In this document: positions 18,141-28,399 of the stretch, piece after piece
Numbering within the stretch: position 1 is the first letter of the stretch
Layout: each line of letters starts with the position of its first letter
IMG/VR virus record: IMGVR_UViG_3300036823_000117
Coordinates: 54,587-118,586 of that record
Source: a virus
Length of the DNA: 64,000 bases
Strand: one strand, 5' to 3'
Notes under the pieces: generated by a model
What the model was told of the DNA's origin: nothing
Database searches by the model: none
The model's input: only the letters and a program-made list of their open reading frames with translations
Position numbers and translations under genes: made by a program

Positions 18141-19964
18141 GTGGCCCTTCCAGGCGATCTCAACACAGCTACTATCACTGGCACGTACCTGGATCCTTCT
18201 GGTGCGCCGCTGGCGGGAACCATTACCTTTACGCCGTCGTCGCAGCTCGCGGACTCGACGGGCAGCACGGTCATCCCGTCGTACGGGAAGACCTACAATC
18301 TGTCGGCCGCGGGCCATTTCCAGACGGACCCTCTGGTCGCGACAGACAACAGCGATATCGCGCCGTCGGGTTGGTCTTACCTGGTGACCGTGGCTATCCA
18401 GAATCTGCAGCCGATCACGTTCTCGGTCCTGGTCCCGCATACCCCGTCACCGGTCGACATCTCGGCGCTTATGCCTGTAGTGGCGTCGGGCACTATCGGG
18501 GATTTCCTGCCGGAACTGGTAGCGAATGTCTCAGTGTCGGCTTCGGGGACGCTGGCGCTGAACACAGTGACGGAAGTCAGCGCCTCGTCGGCGAGCCGCA
18601 CGATGACGCTGCCGACGGCCGGCGCCGGGGACCTGGTCGTGGTCGAGAAGTCCGATTCCAGCGTGAACACCGTCGCGGTTACCGGCACGATCCGCGGCTC
18701 GAGCGGGTCGATCACGCTGAAGTTGCAGAACGAGTCGGAGATGCTCTACGGGTGGGCCGGGTCGTGGTGGCCGGTCGCCGGCCACAAGACCCTCGGGTCG
18801 CTGGACGCCCGGTACGTCCAGGGGACTGGCGGCAAGATGACCGGCCCCTTCGTGACCCAGGTTCCGGTTATCGTCTTCGACGGCGACTCGATCACTTTCG
18901 GTATCGGCGCGCTGCCGGTCAACCGGTTCCCCAACTCCAACGACTACCCTTCGCAGGTCGTCGGCAGCCTCGATCAGCGCGGCACCTACGTGAACATCGG
19001 CGTCGCCGGCGAGACCACGGCCACGATGATCACTAACGCGCCGACTGCCGTGGACCCGTATTTCACGGCTGGGTGCAACAACGTCGTGTGCTTCCACGGC
19101 GGCACCAACGACATCCAGTTCGGGGCCGACGCCCCCACGACATACGGCCGGATCGTGACCTACTGCCAGGCCCGGCAGGCGGCCGGCTGGCGAGTCATCG
19201 TCGCCACCATTACCCCCCGCTCCGACGCGGGCACGCCGGGGAATTTCGAGACCATCCGCCAGTCCGTGAATACCAGCATCCGAACGAACTGGCAGACCTT
19301 CGCGAACGGCCTCGCTGACATCGGCAACGACGCGAACATGGGGCAGGCCAGCGATCAGACGAACACGCAGTATTACAACGGCGACCTCGTCCACCACAAC
19401 CCGTACGGGTATGGCATCCTGGCCAGCTACTTCCAGCAGGCCCTGTCCACCCTCGGCATTGTCAGCAGCTTCGCCCGGGACCGCGAGGTTCTGCATTCCG
19501 ATATCTGGATCCCGGCGGGAGCTTTCCAGGCGGCCAGCGGTACCCCGACGGCGGCGGTCACCGGCCAGATGCCCGTATGGAACCTGGCCCACGGCGCGAG
19601 CACCGAGATGTGCGCCCAGGGGGTACTCCTGCCCCAGAACTGGCTGCAGTGGGGCGCGGAGGTGTGGTGGGCGCCGAGCACCACCGGGGCCGGGAATGTC
19701 GTCTGGCGGGTAGACAGCCTGCCCGTGTTCACCGCTTCGACGCTGAACAGCGGCGTCGTGGTCGGCACGGCCCTCGCCTCGGCCGCGACCGGGACGACCG
19801 GGCTGATGCAGGTGCTCACCAGCGCCGCGTCGGCGAACGCGAATATCGGCGGAGCCCCCCGCACGCTGCTGGCGCTGCGGGTCTGGCGGCTCGGCTCGTC
19901 CGGCAGCGACACCTACGCCGACGCCGCATCGTTCGTCGGCCTCCGCGTGTGGCGGAGCATCTGA
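18141..19964 (+). CDS. tail-associated SGNH/GDSL hydrolase protein
   Basis: FDGDSIT, GVAGET, GGTND and DLVH blocks. Confidence 0.85.
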   Translation: MALPGDLNTATITGTYLDPSGAPLAGTITFTPSSQLADSTGSTVIPSYGKTYNLSAAGHFQTDPLVATDNSDIAPSGWSYLVTVAIQNLQPITFSVLVPHTPSPVDISALMPVVASGTIGDFLPELVANVSVSASGTLALNTVTEVSASSASRTMTLPTAGAGDLVVVEKSDSSVNTVAVTGTIRGSSGSITLKLQNESEMLYGWAGSWWPVAGHKTLGSLDARYVQGTGGKMTGPFVTQVPVIVFDGDSITFGIGALPVNRFPNSNDYPSQVVGSLDQRGTYVNIGVAGETTATMITNAPTAVDPYFTAGCNNVVCFHGGTNDIQFGADAPTTYGRIVTYCQARQAAGWRVIVATITPRSDAGTPGNFETIRQSVNTSIRTNWQTFANGLADIGNDANMGQASDQTNTQYYNGDLVHHNPYGYGILASYFQQALSTLGIVSSFARDREVLHSDIWIPAGAFQAASGTPTAAVTGQMPVWNLAHGASTEMCAQGVLLPQNWLQWGAEVWWAPSTTGAGNVVWRVDSLPVFTASTLNSGVVVGTALASAATGTTGLMQVLTSAASANANIGGAPRTLLALRVWRLGSSGSDTYADAASFVGLRVWRSI

Positions 19965-20016
19965 CCTTCTTAGGCCACCCCCTCCATTCCTTACTGCCTC
20001 CTGAAGGGGGATACCC

Positions 20017-23000
20017 GTGGCTTTGCCGACGGATCTGACCAGCCTCGTCGTGAATGGCACGTACCTCGACCCGTCCGGCGCTCCGCTGGCCGGGCACATC
20101 ACGTTCACGCCGTCGGCCCAGCTGACCGATTCCACCGGCACGACGGTGATCCCGGCCTACCCGAAGCAGTACAACCTGTCGGCGTCGGGGAAGTTCACCA
20201 CCGATGCGCTGGTCGCGACCGACAACGCCGATATCACGCCGGCGAACTGGACGTACCTGGTCACCCTGGCGCTGCAGAACCTCCCGACGACGTCGTGGAA
20301 CGCCCAGATCCCGGCCGCGCCGTTCTCGTTCACCGCGACGAACGCGACGCCGTGCGTGTTCACCGCGGCGGGCAGCGCCTACTCGAATGGCAGCCCGGTG
20401 AAGCTGGCCGGCGGGTCGCTGCCGGCCGGGTTTACTGCCGGGACTACGTACTTCGTGGTGTCGGCGTCGGGTACGAGTTTCTCCCTGGCGGCCACGTCGG
20501 GCGGGTCGGCTATCGCGTCGACGTCGACCGGGTCGGGCACGGTGTCAACGGCTGCGGTTGACGTGTCGTCGCTGTCCCCGGTGTTCTCGCAGCTGGCCGC
20601 GCTGCAGTACGCGGAGCTTCTCCTCCCGACCAGCGTGCAGTCCGGGTCGATCACCGCGGCGGCCGGGCAGCTGGTCCTGGTGACGACGGCCAGCGGGAAC
20701 GCGACTGTGAGCATGCCGACCGGGGTGGAAGCCGGATCGCAGGTCGGCGTGAAGATGGTTGTCCTCGGTGGCTCCAACACGGTCGCCATCTCGTGCACCG
20801 GCACTGACAAGTTCAATGTCGCCGGCGGCGGGACCACGCTGACGCTGAGCATGCTCGACCAGGGCATGGGGTTCATCTACACCGGCAGCGTGTGGGTCGT
20901 CGCGAACGACGACGTCCCGCTCGGCCAGCTCGACGCCCGGTACATGACCAACCTGTCGCAGACCGCGGTGAAGACCGCGAACTACACTGCGGCCGCGAAC
21001 CAGCTGGTCCCGTGCAACACCTCCGCCGGCGGCTTCACGGTCACCCTGCCGACTGCCCCAGCCGCAGGAACCCTGGCCGGCGTGGCGATGAGCGGCGTAT
21101 CCGGTGTCGGCGTCAACACCTTGACCGCGGCCACGGGCGGCTCCGACGTCTTTGATATCACCGGAGGCGGGACAACCTCGACGCTGACGCTGTTGCACCA
21201 GGCCGTCCTTTGGGAGTACAACTCCGGGGTCTGGGCCAAGGTCTCCTCGGCTGACCCGTACCTTCAGGTCGCGCAGGCCCGGCAGGGCACCTGGTACCTT
21301 GACCAGTTCGCCGGCACCGACGACCAGAAGATGACGTCCGCGCTGACGGCATTGTTCGCGGCCGGCGGCGGCACTGTCCGCCTGTCGCCCCGTGCCCACA
21401 GTTTTGCGGGCCAGTGGGCAACGTCCTACGTCAATGGCGTGGTCACCACCGTCCGCATTGTCGGCGCGGGTGCCTCCCAGGTCGGCGCAGTTACCATCAA
21501 CACCTCCGGCCCGACAACCTGCACGATGACCTACGCCGCAGGTGCCGGCCAGATGGATTTCCAGCACATCGGCACCATCGAGATCACCGGCATCCGATTC
21601 GTCGACACCACAGGCAGCGTCCCGTTCTTCTTCGCCTCCAACGCCACCCCCAACATTCACGACTGCGCGTTCACCGGGGGCGGCGGCCTGGCGGCGTGCA
21701 CTAAAGACGCGATTGTCCTCGGCGGCCAGGGAAACGGGCCGACCGGGGATACCGCGAAGTACAACGGCTACAACGGGTTCATCGAGCGAAACTACTTCGA
21801 CACGATCCGCCAGTGGGTCGTTTTCGGCGGCGGATGCAACGGCGTCGTCGTCACTGGCAACAACGGCAACGAGTTGTGCGGCATGGCTGGTAACTGGGGG
21901 GCCCCATTCCGCTTTAACGGGAATTCCTCGCACGGAAACACCGCGAATTTCATCCACGATAACTACGTGCCGCTGACCGGCTACGGCGCCTGCTTCAATG
22001 GCACAGGCGGATACGCCGGCCGCAACGTCATCGGCCCGAACGTCACCTGGGATGCCTCCGGTGTCGTATATGCCATCCTGGACTCGACCTGCCAGGCGAA
22101 TTTCATCCACGACACCACATGGCGGACCGCCAGCAGCTCGTTCGTGGCATACACCACCGAGCCTGCCGGCAGTCAGTCCACCGCCCTTTCCGTCAATGGG
22201 CCGAACTTCTTCCAGCAGCCATTGATCTCCAACGCTGACCTCATCGTCCGTTTCGGTTCGGTCGGCCCGAAAACGGAAGGCGCCTCCGGGGACCGGGCGT
22301 GGTTCCAGTCCATCCACAACGGCTCCATCGCCGCGCCGGGATTCACGGTCACCGTCCAGCCGGGAACCACGGTCACAGACGGGTCGGCCATCAGCGGGTC
22401 GAACGTCGTGACATCGCTCACCGCCGCGTTTGCTTCCGGCGACACTGGCGTATTCATCACCGCCTCCGGGGTCATCCCGGCCAACACCTACATCCGTTGG
22501 ACGGTCGCCCCGTCGTCGCCCGGGTTCGTCTGGACGGCCTCGGTGGCCTACGTGGCCGGGCAGGTGATCACCCCGGTCACCGCCAACGGCCACCTGTACC
22601 AGTGCACCACGGGCGGCACCTCCGGCACCAGCCAGCCATCATTCCCGACCGGCGGCGGCACTGTTGCGGACGGCACTGTCGTGTGGCAAGACCTGGGCGC
22701 CGCGGCAACGGCGGCGATCCTGTCCCAGAACGCGACCTCCACGAACGCGGCGACCACAGTCTCATTCGGGCGCCCATCCGGGTCGTCGTCGCTGATGACA
22801 AAATTCATGAACCATCACATCATCGGCTCGGGGGGCGCCCCGGCCTACGCCGCCCAGGCCGGGGCGGGCACGGGCGCCACCGCGACCGTGACCGGGACTG
22901 ACATTGGCCACATCGTCACCCTGACCACAGGTACCGGTTCCCTGGTGCCCGCGATCCTGGTCAAGGGCACCCCGGCGAACTCGTTCTCCGGGTCCGCGCA

Positions 23001-23151
23001 GTCCGGCGCCTACGCCATCACCCCCGGCAACGCCGCCGCCGCCGGCCTCGGCCTGTACGGGACATTTGCCTCGAACCTGTGGAACATCTCCTGCGCGAAC
23101 AGCCCGGCGCCATCCACGCAGTACATCTTCAACGTCACCATGATCGGCTGA
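20017..23151 (+). CDS. tail spike/receptor-binding protein with putative beta-helix and carbohydrate-binding module
   Basis: N-terminal domain shared with 18141 gene; Asn/Gly-rich centre; NGHLYQCTTGGTSG...DGTVVWQ module. Confidence 0.7.
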   Translation: MALPTDLTSLVVNGTYLDPSGAPLAGHITFTPSAQLTDSTGTTVIPAYPKQYNLSASGKFTTDALVATDNADITPANWTYLVTLALQNLPTTSWNAQIPAAPFSFTATNATPCVFTAAGSAYSNGSPVKLAGGSLPAGFTAGTTYFVVSASGTSFSLAATSGGSAIASTSTGSGTVSTAAVDVSSLSPVFSQLAALQYAELLLPTSVQSGSITAAAGQLVLVTTASGNATVSMPTGVEAGSQVGVKMVVLGGSNTVAISCTGTDKFNVAGGGTTLTLSMLDQGMGFIYTGSVWVVANDDVPLGQLDARYMTNLSQTAVKTANYTAAANQLVPCNTSAGGFTVTLPTAPAAGTLAGVAMSGVSGVGVNTLTAATGGSDVFDITGGGTTSTLTLLHQAVLWEYNSGVWAKVSSADPYLQVAQARQGTWYLDQFAGTDDQKMTSALTALFAAGGGTVRLSPRAHSFAGQWATSYVNGVVTTVRIVGAGASQVGAVTINTSGPTTCTMTYAAGAGQMDFQHIGTIEITGIRFVDTTGSVPFFFASNATPNIHDCAFTGGGGLAACTKDAIVLGGQGNGPTGDTAKYNGYNGFIERNYFDTIRQWVVFGGGCNGVVVTGNNGNELCGMAGNWGAPFRFNGNSSHGNTANFIHDNYVPLTGYGACFNGTGGYAGRNVIGPNVTWDASGVVYAILDSTCQANFIHDTTWRTASSSFVAYTTEPAGSQSTALSVNGPNFFQQPLISNADLIVRFGSVGPKTEGASGDRAWFQSIHNGSIAAPGFTVTVQPGTTVTDGSAISGSNVVTSLTAAFASGDTGVFITASGVIPANTYIRWTVAPSSPGFVWTASVAYVAGQVITPVTANGHLYQCTTGGTSGTSQPSFPTGGGTVADGTVVWQDLGAAATAAILSQNATSTNAATTVSFGRPSGSSSLMTKFMNHHIIGSGGAPAYAAQAGAGTGATATVTGTDIGHIVTLTTGTGSLVPAILVKGTPANSFSGSAQSGAYAITPGNAAAAGLGLYGTFASNLWNISCANSPAPSTQYIFNVTMIG

Positions 23152-23326
23152 TCACTCAGGCGCAGCCCGATTTGCCGCAGTTATCTCGTGGCACTCTCGC
23201 GTGCATGTCTCATCGCAGTCGCAGTCACATTCCGAGCAGTCGCGGCATAGCTTTCCGCACCGTCCCGTGTCCGCCGTGTCGCCCATGAGCGGATGTTAAC
23301 CGCACACAGGTACGGGACGGGGGCGC

Positions 23327-23758
23327 ATGGCGGAATGGCCCCCGATGCTGGCCGTCCACAGGGCCGCTCTCGCCGCGGCGCACCTCGCACCGTGGCCGCC
23401 GACCCTCCCGTTCCTCGCTGGCGGGCCATCCTCGGACAGCAGCATCGTGTCCGCCGCTGTCCAGACCATCCTGGGATACGGCGTCCTCGGCGTCGTCGCC
23501 CTGGTCCTGGCCTGGATCGTGTGGCGGGGCAAGTTCGTCCCCCAGGAACGCGTCGACCAACTCATCGGCGCCGGCCGGGCCGACCTGCTCCGCGAGCTCG
23601 ACCTGGTCCGCGCTGACCTGCTGAAAACCCAGGAGCAGCGGGACGCCGCGATGAAAATGGCCACCGACCAGCTGGTCCCCCTCCTCACAAGTTTTGTGGC
23701 CACCAGCCAGAGCCTGATCCCGCTCCTGCAGGAACTGGTCCGCAACCGGGAAAGGTGA
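23327..23758 (+). CDS. membrane protein of lysis cassette
   Basis: TM segment YGVLGVVALVLAWIVW followed by a coiled coil. Confidence 0.55.
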   Translation: MAEWPPMLAVHRAALAAAHLAPWPPTLPFLAGGPSSDSSIVSAAVQTILGYGVLGVVALVLAWIVWRGKFVPQERVDQLIGAGRADLLRELDLVRADLLKTQEQRDAAMKMATDQLVPLLTSFVATSQSLIPLLQELVRNRER

Positions 23759-23764
23759 CGGGGC

Positions 23765-24016
23765 GTGCCCGACCGCGACACCGAAGGCCTCTCCCCCAAC
23801 GTCGCCGAGCTCATCGAGAAGGTCGAGGCCCGCGTGGCAGCAGCGCCGACCGCCCGGGAAGTCCGCGAACTCGCCGACCGGGTCATCGCGGAATCCCGCG
23901 CCAACGCGCTCACCATCGCCGAGATCCGCCAGCTCACCACCCTGGCCATCGGCCGCGCCCAGCAAGTCGAGGCAGCCGCCGCCCGGCTCGCTGACCTGGT
24001 CCAGGGAGGCGCCTGA
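23765..24016 (+). CDS. hypothetical protein
   Basis: Operon-coupled helical ORF. Confidence 0.5.
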   Translation: MPDRDTEGLSPNVAELIEKVEARVAAAPTAREVRELADRVIAESRANALTIAEIRQLTTLAIGRAQQVEAAAARLADLVQGGA

Positions 24017-24177
24017 TGGCGCCCCGCGACAAGGACGCCGAGATCTGGAAAGTCGCCGCGGAACTCGACGCGCTCCTCGACGACCTCGCAGCGTCGGTCG
24101 ACGCGCTGAACGCGATCCTCATGCCCCCGGTGCCGCCCGTTCCGGGAGATGACGACGAAAGGCTCGTGTCCCCGTGA
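24016..24177 (+). CDS. small hypothetical protein (53 aa)
   Basis: GGAGG RBS; TGATG and GTGA overlaps with neighbours. Confidence 0.5.
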   Translation: MAPRDKDAEIWKVAAELDALLDDLAASVDALNAILMPPVPPVPGDDDERLVSP

Positions 24178-24578
24178 CTGAGCAGACCCCCCCGCAGAAC
24201 CCACTGCAGGCCGCGCTGGCTGCCGTCACCGACCTCTCAACACGCGTCAAGAAACTGACCGGCGAAGTCGTCTATCTCCGGAAGTACGGCCGGCGAAGCC
24301 GCACGTTCATCATCTTCGACATCGTCCTGACCGTCGGCATCCTCGCGATCAGCTACCTATTCGCGCAGCAGCACTCAACCCTCGTCGCCGCCTGCCAGGC
24401 AGGTAACCAGACCCGCGCGCAGGAACGCGGCCTGTGGAAGCACCTCTACCAGGGCGCCCTTAAAGAGCACCCCACCCCGGCGCAGCTGGCCGCTGACCGG
24501 ACCCTCATCGCCTACGTCAACAAGACATTCGCCAGCCGGAATTGCGCTGCGGTCTACCGGCCCCACTGGCTGCCCTGA
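24174..24578 (+). CDS. single-TM membrane protein
   Basis: TM FIIFDIVLTVGILAISYLFA; two Cys. Confidence 0.55.
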   Translation: MTEQTPPQNPLQAALAAVTDLSTRVKKLTGEVVYLRKYGRRSRTFIIFDIVLTVGILAISYLFAQQHSTLVAACQAGNQTRAQERGLWKHLYQGALKEHPTPAQLAADRTLIAYVNKTFASRNCAAVYRPHWLP

Positions 24579-24601
24579 ACCCGACTTCCCAGGAGGTACC
24601 G

Positions 24602-24781
24602 ATGCTCGCTGCGATCGCTTTCCTGCTTGGCCTGATCGCCTTGATCCTGAAGGTTGTCGGCACCCACGGGTCGTGGCTCCAGTGGATGCTGATCATCGGG
24701 CTGATGCTCGTGTCGGCCGCCGTGGCGTGGGACTGGGGCCGGCCCTGGTGGACCGGTCGCAGGCAGCCGCCGGCCGCGTGA
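24602..24781 (+). CDS. small 2-TM membrane protein (holin-like)
   Basis: AGGAGG RBS; two hydrophobic helices. Confidence 0.55.
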   Translation: MLAAIAFLLGLIALILKVVGTHGSWLQWMLIIGLMLVSAAVAWDWGRPWWTGRRQPPAA

Positions 24782-25218
24782 AAGCTGGTCGGCGTGAGCT
24801 GGCGCGGCCCGTGGTGTTCGGCTTGTGCGACGGGGCGATGTCCATCATGGGCGTCGTCCTCTACCTCGCCGGCCACACCACGCTGGTTTTCCCCGCGGCC
24901 CTGTCCGGCGGCCTGAGCGCCGCGGTGTCAATGGCCGGCGGGGAATGGCTGTCCCAGTCCGACAGCGGCCCGGCGGCGAGCCTGGCGATGGGCGGCGCCA
25001 CCCTGACCGGCAGCATCCTCCCCGCGATCCCCTATGCGTTCCTGCATGGCTGGCAGGCCCCCGCCATGTCCGTCCTCATCCTCGTCCTCGTCGCCGCGGC
25101 GGTCGCCTGTCTCCGCGGCCACCGCCGCCACCCGTGGCTCGAAACCGCCCTCGTCCTCGTGATCGTTCTCGCGGCCGCCGCGACGTGCGCGCTGCTGATC
25201 CCCGGAGGTGCGGGCTAG
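24778..25218 (+). CDS. short VIT1/CCC1-family membrane protein
   Basis: VVFGLCDGAMS...SAAVSMAGGEWLS matches the VIT1 TM1/TM2 signature. Confidence 0.7.
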   Translation: MKAGRRELARPVVFGLCDGAMSIMGVVLYLAGHTTLVFPAALSGGLSAAVSMAGGEWLSQSDSGPAASLAMGGATLTGSILPAIPYAFLHGWQAPAMSVLILVLVAAAVACLRGHRRHPWLETALVLVIVLAAAATCALLIPGGAG

Positions 25219-25490
25219 TGGGCCACGTCCTGTGGATCCTGTTCGGCCCGGACGCCTGGGGGACCGGCGGCAACTTGGTGGCCTGGGTTCTTTGCGGCGC
25301 ACTGGGGGTCGGCGGCGCCTTCCTGTTCCGCGACCTCATCGGCCGGCGCCTCGCCGCGTGGTGGCACAGGCACCACCGCCGGCACCTCGCCGGCGAGCTC
25401 GACGCCATGGAGCAGCGGCTCAAAGCCCACATCGACACACGCCACCAGGAACTCACCGAACAGGTCACCAGCAAGGGGAGGCGTGCATGA
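25218..25490 (+). CDS. membrane protein
   Basis: One TM helix; coupled to endolysin by ATGA. Confidence 0.5.
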   Translation: MGHVLWILFGPDAWGTGGNLVAWVLCGALGVGGAFLFRDLIGRRLAAWWHRHHRRHLAGELDAMEQRLKAHIDTRHQELTEQVTSKGRRA

Positions 25491-26260
25491 CCATTCCCGG
25501 CCGCTGCCATTTCGACGCGAACGGCTGGCTCCAGGGCCCGATCTCGATCACCCACATGCTGACGCCGAACCGCTACAACTCGGGGTTCGCGGACCACGGC
25601 AAGGGCGTCGTCTTCCACACCGAGGACGGGTTCGAAGCCGGGACGATCGCCACTTTCATGTCCCCGGCCAGCCAGGCCTCAGCGTTCTTCGCCGTCGGAG
25701 CCGACGGCGCGAGCACCCAGTTCCTGCCGGTGGGCCAGGGGTACTGCGCATGGGCACAGGAAGCCGGGAACCAGGCCTGGAGAAGCATCGAGGACGCCGA
25801 CGGCACCCACCCGTCGGTCCCGCTGGCCGCCCCGCAGATGGCCGCGTTCGCGCAGATCCTCGAAGCCTGCTCCGCCTACGACGGGTTCCCCCTCCAGATC
25901 ACCGACGACGTCAACGGCACCGGCCTCATCACCCACGGCGACGGGGGACTCGCCTGGGGCGGCCACTTCGGGTGCCCGGGTGACGTCCGCAAGGCCCAGC
26001 GCCCCGCCCTCATCGCGCTGGCCAAGCAGATCCGATCCCAGGGAGCAACCATGGCCGTGGCCACTGACGGCAAGACCACCCTGCACCAACTCGCCGCGGC
26101 GCACGGCGCCGTGGCCTCCGAAGTGCTCCGTATGACCGCCGTCGCAGACGGCCTGTTCCCGGCCCCGGTCGCCGCGTGGCTCAACGCGGTCTTCGCCGGG
26201 ACGGTCTCCGCGACGGAGCCGATGCCCGCGAAGCTCGAGCTCCAGGTACCCCGCGCCTGA
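25487..26260 (+). CDS. endolysin, N-acetylmuramoyl-L-alanine amidase
   Basis: VVFHTE, SIED, LITHG and CPG amidase_2-type motifs. Confidence 0.85.
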   Translation: MTIPGRCHFDANGWLQGPISITHMLTPNRYNSGFADHGKGVVFHTEDGFEAGTIATFMSPASQASAFFAVGADGASTQFLPVGQGYCAWAQEAGNQAWRSIEDADGTHPSVPLAAPQMAAFAQILEACSAYDGFPLQITDDVNGTGLITHGDGGLAWGGHFGCPGDVRKAQRPALIALAKQIRSQGATMAVATDGKTTLHQLAAAHGAVASEVLRMTAVADGLFPAPVAAWLNAVFAGTVSATEPMPAKLELQVPRA

Positions 26261-26508
26261 TGGACAACTCCGACCCGGCCCGCGACGCCCTGCACGAAGG
26301 CTGGCTCGCCGCAGTCCTCAAGCGCGAACCCGCGATGGCCGCCGGGATCACCACCGCGATCGTGACGCTCGCCGCGGTGTTCGGGCTGGACTGGGCCGCG
26401 ACAGTAGTCGGGCCCGTCGTCGCGGTCGTTACCCTGATGCTGTCGGCTGTCGTCCGCAGCAGAGTCACCCCGGCCAAGCCAGCGGCACCGGAGCACGCCG
26501 GCCGCTGA
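26260..26508 (+). CDS. holin-like protein
   Basis: REPA...two TMs...VRSRVTP, typical of actinophage holins. Confidence 0.65.
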   Translation: MDNSDPARDALHEGWLAAVLKREPAMAAGITTAIVTLAAVFGLDWAATVVGPVVAVVTLMLSAVVRSRVTPAKPAAPEHAGR

Positions 26509-26526
26509 ACACGATCCCCGCAAACT

Positions 26527-26574
26527 GCCGTCCCGGCCGCGCTCCCCCTCGGGCGCGACCGGGACGGCTATTTT
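26527..26574 (+). terminator. terminator between convergent arms
   Basis: GCCGTCCCGG...CCGGGACGGC stem followed by TATTTT. Confidence 0.65.
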
Positions 26575-26580
26575 GCGTTG

Positions 26581-28248
26581 TCAGCCCGTGGCGGGAAGAT
26601 CCCAAGGCCAGGTGGCGTCGCGGCCGGCCTCTGTGACGGGGATGATCCGGAAGGCGGCATCGGTCAGGCCGCCCAGCGTGACCCGCGTCCCGGACCCTGA
26701 CGGGGTAGCCCCGGCCGAGTAGCCGCCGAAGTTCCACATGTACAGCGGGACACTCGCCGGGACCAGGTCGTCGATCAGCGTTTCCTGCATGCCGCCGTTG
26801 CGCCACATGTTGGACGGCAGGTAGCCGGCCCGGGTCTGCTCGTCGGTGACGATCACGACACGAGTGTGCTCGGGCCGCAGGTGCGTCTTGACCGCGAGCG
26901 GGATGTCTGTGCCGCCGGGCGCCGGCTGGTAGCTGAACCGCTCGACGATCTTCAGCACGGACTCCGCGGCCGTGAACTTCACCGGCCGGGATTTCCCCCA
27001 GAATTCCACCAGGTCGGAGTGCTCGGCCCGCCGCGCGATGGCCGCGCCGAAGATGGCCGCGCCGTCCGCCCAGGGCATGTCGGAATGCTCGGAGAACTTC
27101 TGATCCCACATCGACGGCGACCGGTCCACCAGCACCAGGGTCCGGCCGCGGAGCGCGGGCACGTTGGCCAGGGACAGGTTCAGCGCCTTCTCCAGCGGAT
27201 GCCCCCACCGCAGCGACGGCGCAGCGCGGTAAGCCGACAGGAACCGGAACGGGAACTGGCGTGACCGCGCGACGTGGTCCGGGTCCGCGAGCATGGCCGC
27301 GACCTGCTCGACCACGTCATCGGGAACGCCGGCGTCGTCCAGGTTCCGCAGGTTGCGAAGGCGTGCCATGTAGCTCATCGATGGCAGGATCGCCGTCCAC
27401 GCCGCCGCGTCCATCGGCCCCTGCAGCCAGCCCGACATCGACTCCCATGTCATCCCGGCCTCGTGCAGCTGCTCGCTGGCGGCGGGCTCGCTGATCAAAA
27501 TCCGCCGGGCGGCAACAGGCAGCGCCATCAGCGCGGCCTGCCAGCGCAGCGTCTCCAGCACCTCCGGGATCTCGTTGTCCCGCCCGTGGCGCCGCTCGAT
27601 CGCGTGCCGGTACAGGGCGTCTCGCCACGTCCCGTAGGCGTTGCCGTGGTACCGGGGCTGAACGAGCTCGATCACGTCACCGAACCGGACCGCCGCCTCG
27701 GCCGTGTCCCACTTCAGCAGGGCCCGCTCGTTGTACAGACGGTTCACCGCGTCAGCGACACCGCGCTTGAAGCCGATCGGCATCTTCCGGCCGTACCGCG
27801 CCAGCCAGTACGCGATGATCTCGCCCGGCTCATCGGCGCGCTGCAGCACCGAGTCGACGACCTTGCGGACCGGCACGCCCGGGTTGCTGACCTCACGGCC
27901 CGTGCCAGCCTCATCGCGACGCGCCCACGCGTACTCCGCCGCGGCCTCGACGGGCGCGAGCCTCAGGTTCCCCGGCCCCCGCATCCACGCCAGCAGGCCC
28001 GCGGTCCAGTCCGGGTGGACAGCTGACGCCTCGCGGACCAGGCCCCGGAACCGGCTCACCCGCGCGTCGGTGCCCTCGTGGAACGCCTTCTCGCCTGGCA
28101 GGTTGCACGCGGCCAGGAGAAACAGCTCCGACTGCAGGTCGCGGGTGTAACCCTGCGCGCCCAGCGCGGTCCGGGCTACGGGCGACGCCGTGCTGACCAC
28201 GGGCGTGCGCGTCGGAGCCTTGACGGATCCCCGGTTGTTTCTGCTCAT
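26581..28248 (-). CDS. rsr: Ro60/TROVE-domain RNA-binding protein with vWA domain
   Basis: LQRADEPGE, MARLRNLRN, SRQFPFRFLSAY, LVLVDRSPSM (MIDAS-like) and VVIVTDEQ; ATG 28248 after GGAGGG. Confidence 0.92.
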   Translation of the reverse strand: MSRNNRGSVKAPTRTPVVSTASPVARTALGAQGYTRDLQSELFLLAACNLPGEKAFHEGTDARVSRFRGLVREASAVHPDWTAGLLAWMRGPGNLRLAPVEAAAEYAWARRDEAGTGREVSNPGVPVRKVVDSVLQRADEPGEIIAYWLARYGRKMPIGFKRGVADAVNRLYNERALLKWDTAEAAVRFGDVIELVQPRYHGNAYGTWRDALYRHAIERRHGRDNEIPEVLETLRWQAALMALPVAARRILISEPAASEQLHEAGMTWESMSGWLQGPMDAAAWTAILPSMSYMARLRNLRNLDDAGVPDDVVEQVAAMLADPDHVARSRQFPFRFLSAYRAAPSLRWGHPLEKALNLSLANVPALRGRTLVLVDRSPSMWDQKFSEHSDMPWADGAAIFGAAIARRAEHSDLVEFWGKSRPVKFTAAESVLKIVERFSYQPAPGGTDIPLAVKTHLRPEHTRVVIVTDEQTRAGYLPSNMWRNGGMQETLIDDLVPASVPLYMWNFGGYSAGATPSGSGTRVTLGGLTDAAFRIIPVTEAGRDATWPWDLPATG

Positions 28249-28293
28249 CTCGACCCTCCAGATGGAGGGGAGGGAAGACTTCAGCGTGACCGC

Positions 28294-28375
28294 GCCCGAC
28301 AACGAGTCGGACTAGGCGACATGCGCCTTAAGCGCACCTATAGCCAAGGAAGTAGCCCAATCCTGCACTTCGGGC
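28294..28375 (-). ncRNA. Y RNA-like element 1
   Basis: Terminal stem GCCCGA/UCGGGC, inner stem GGAUUGGGC/GCCUAGUCC; directly upstream of TROVE gene. Confidence 0.7.
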
Positions 28376-28399
28376 CCGACCATGCATGAAGTTTGATCC

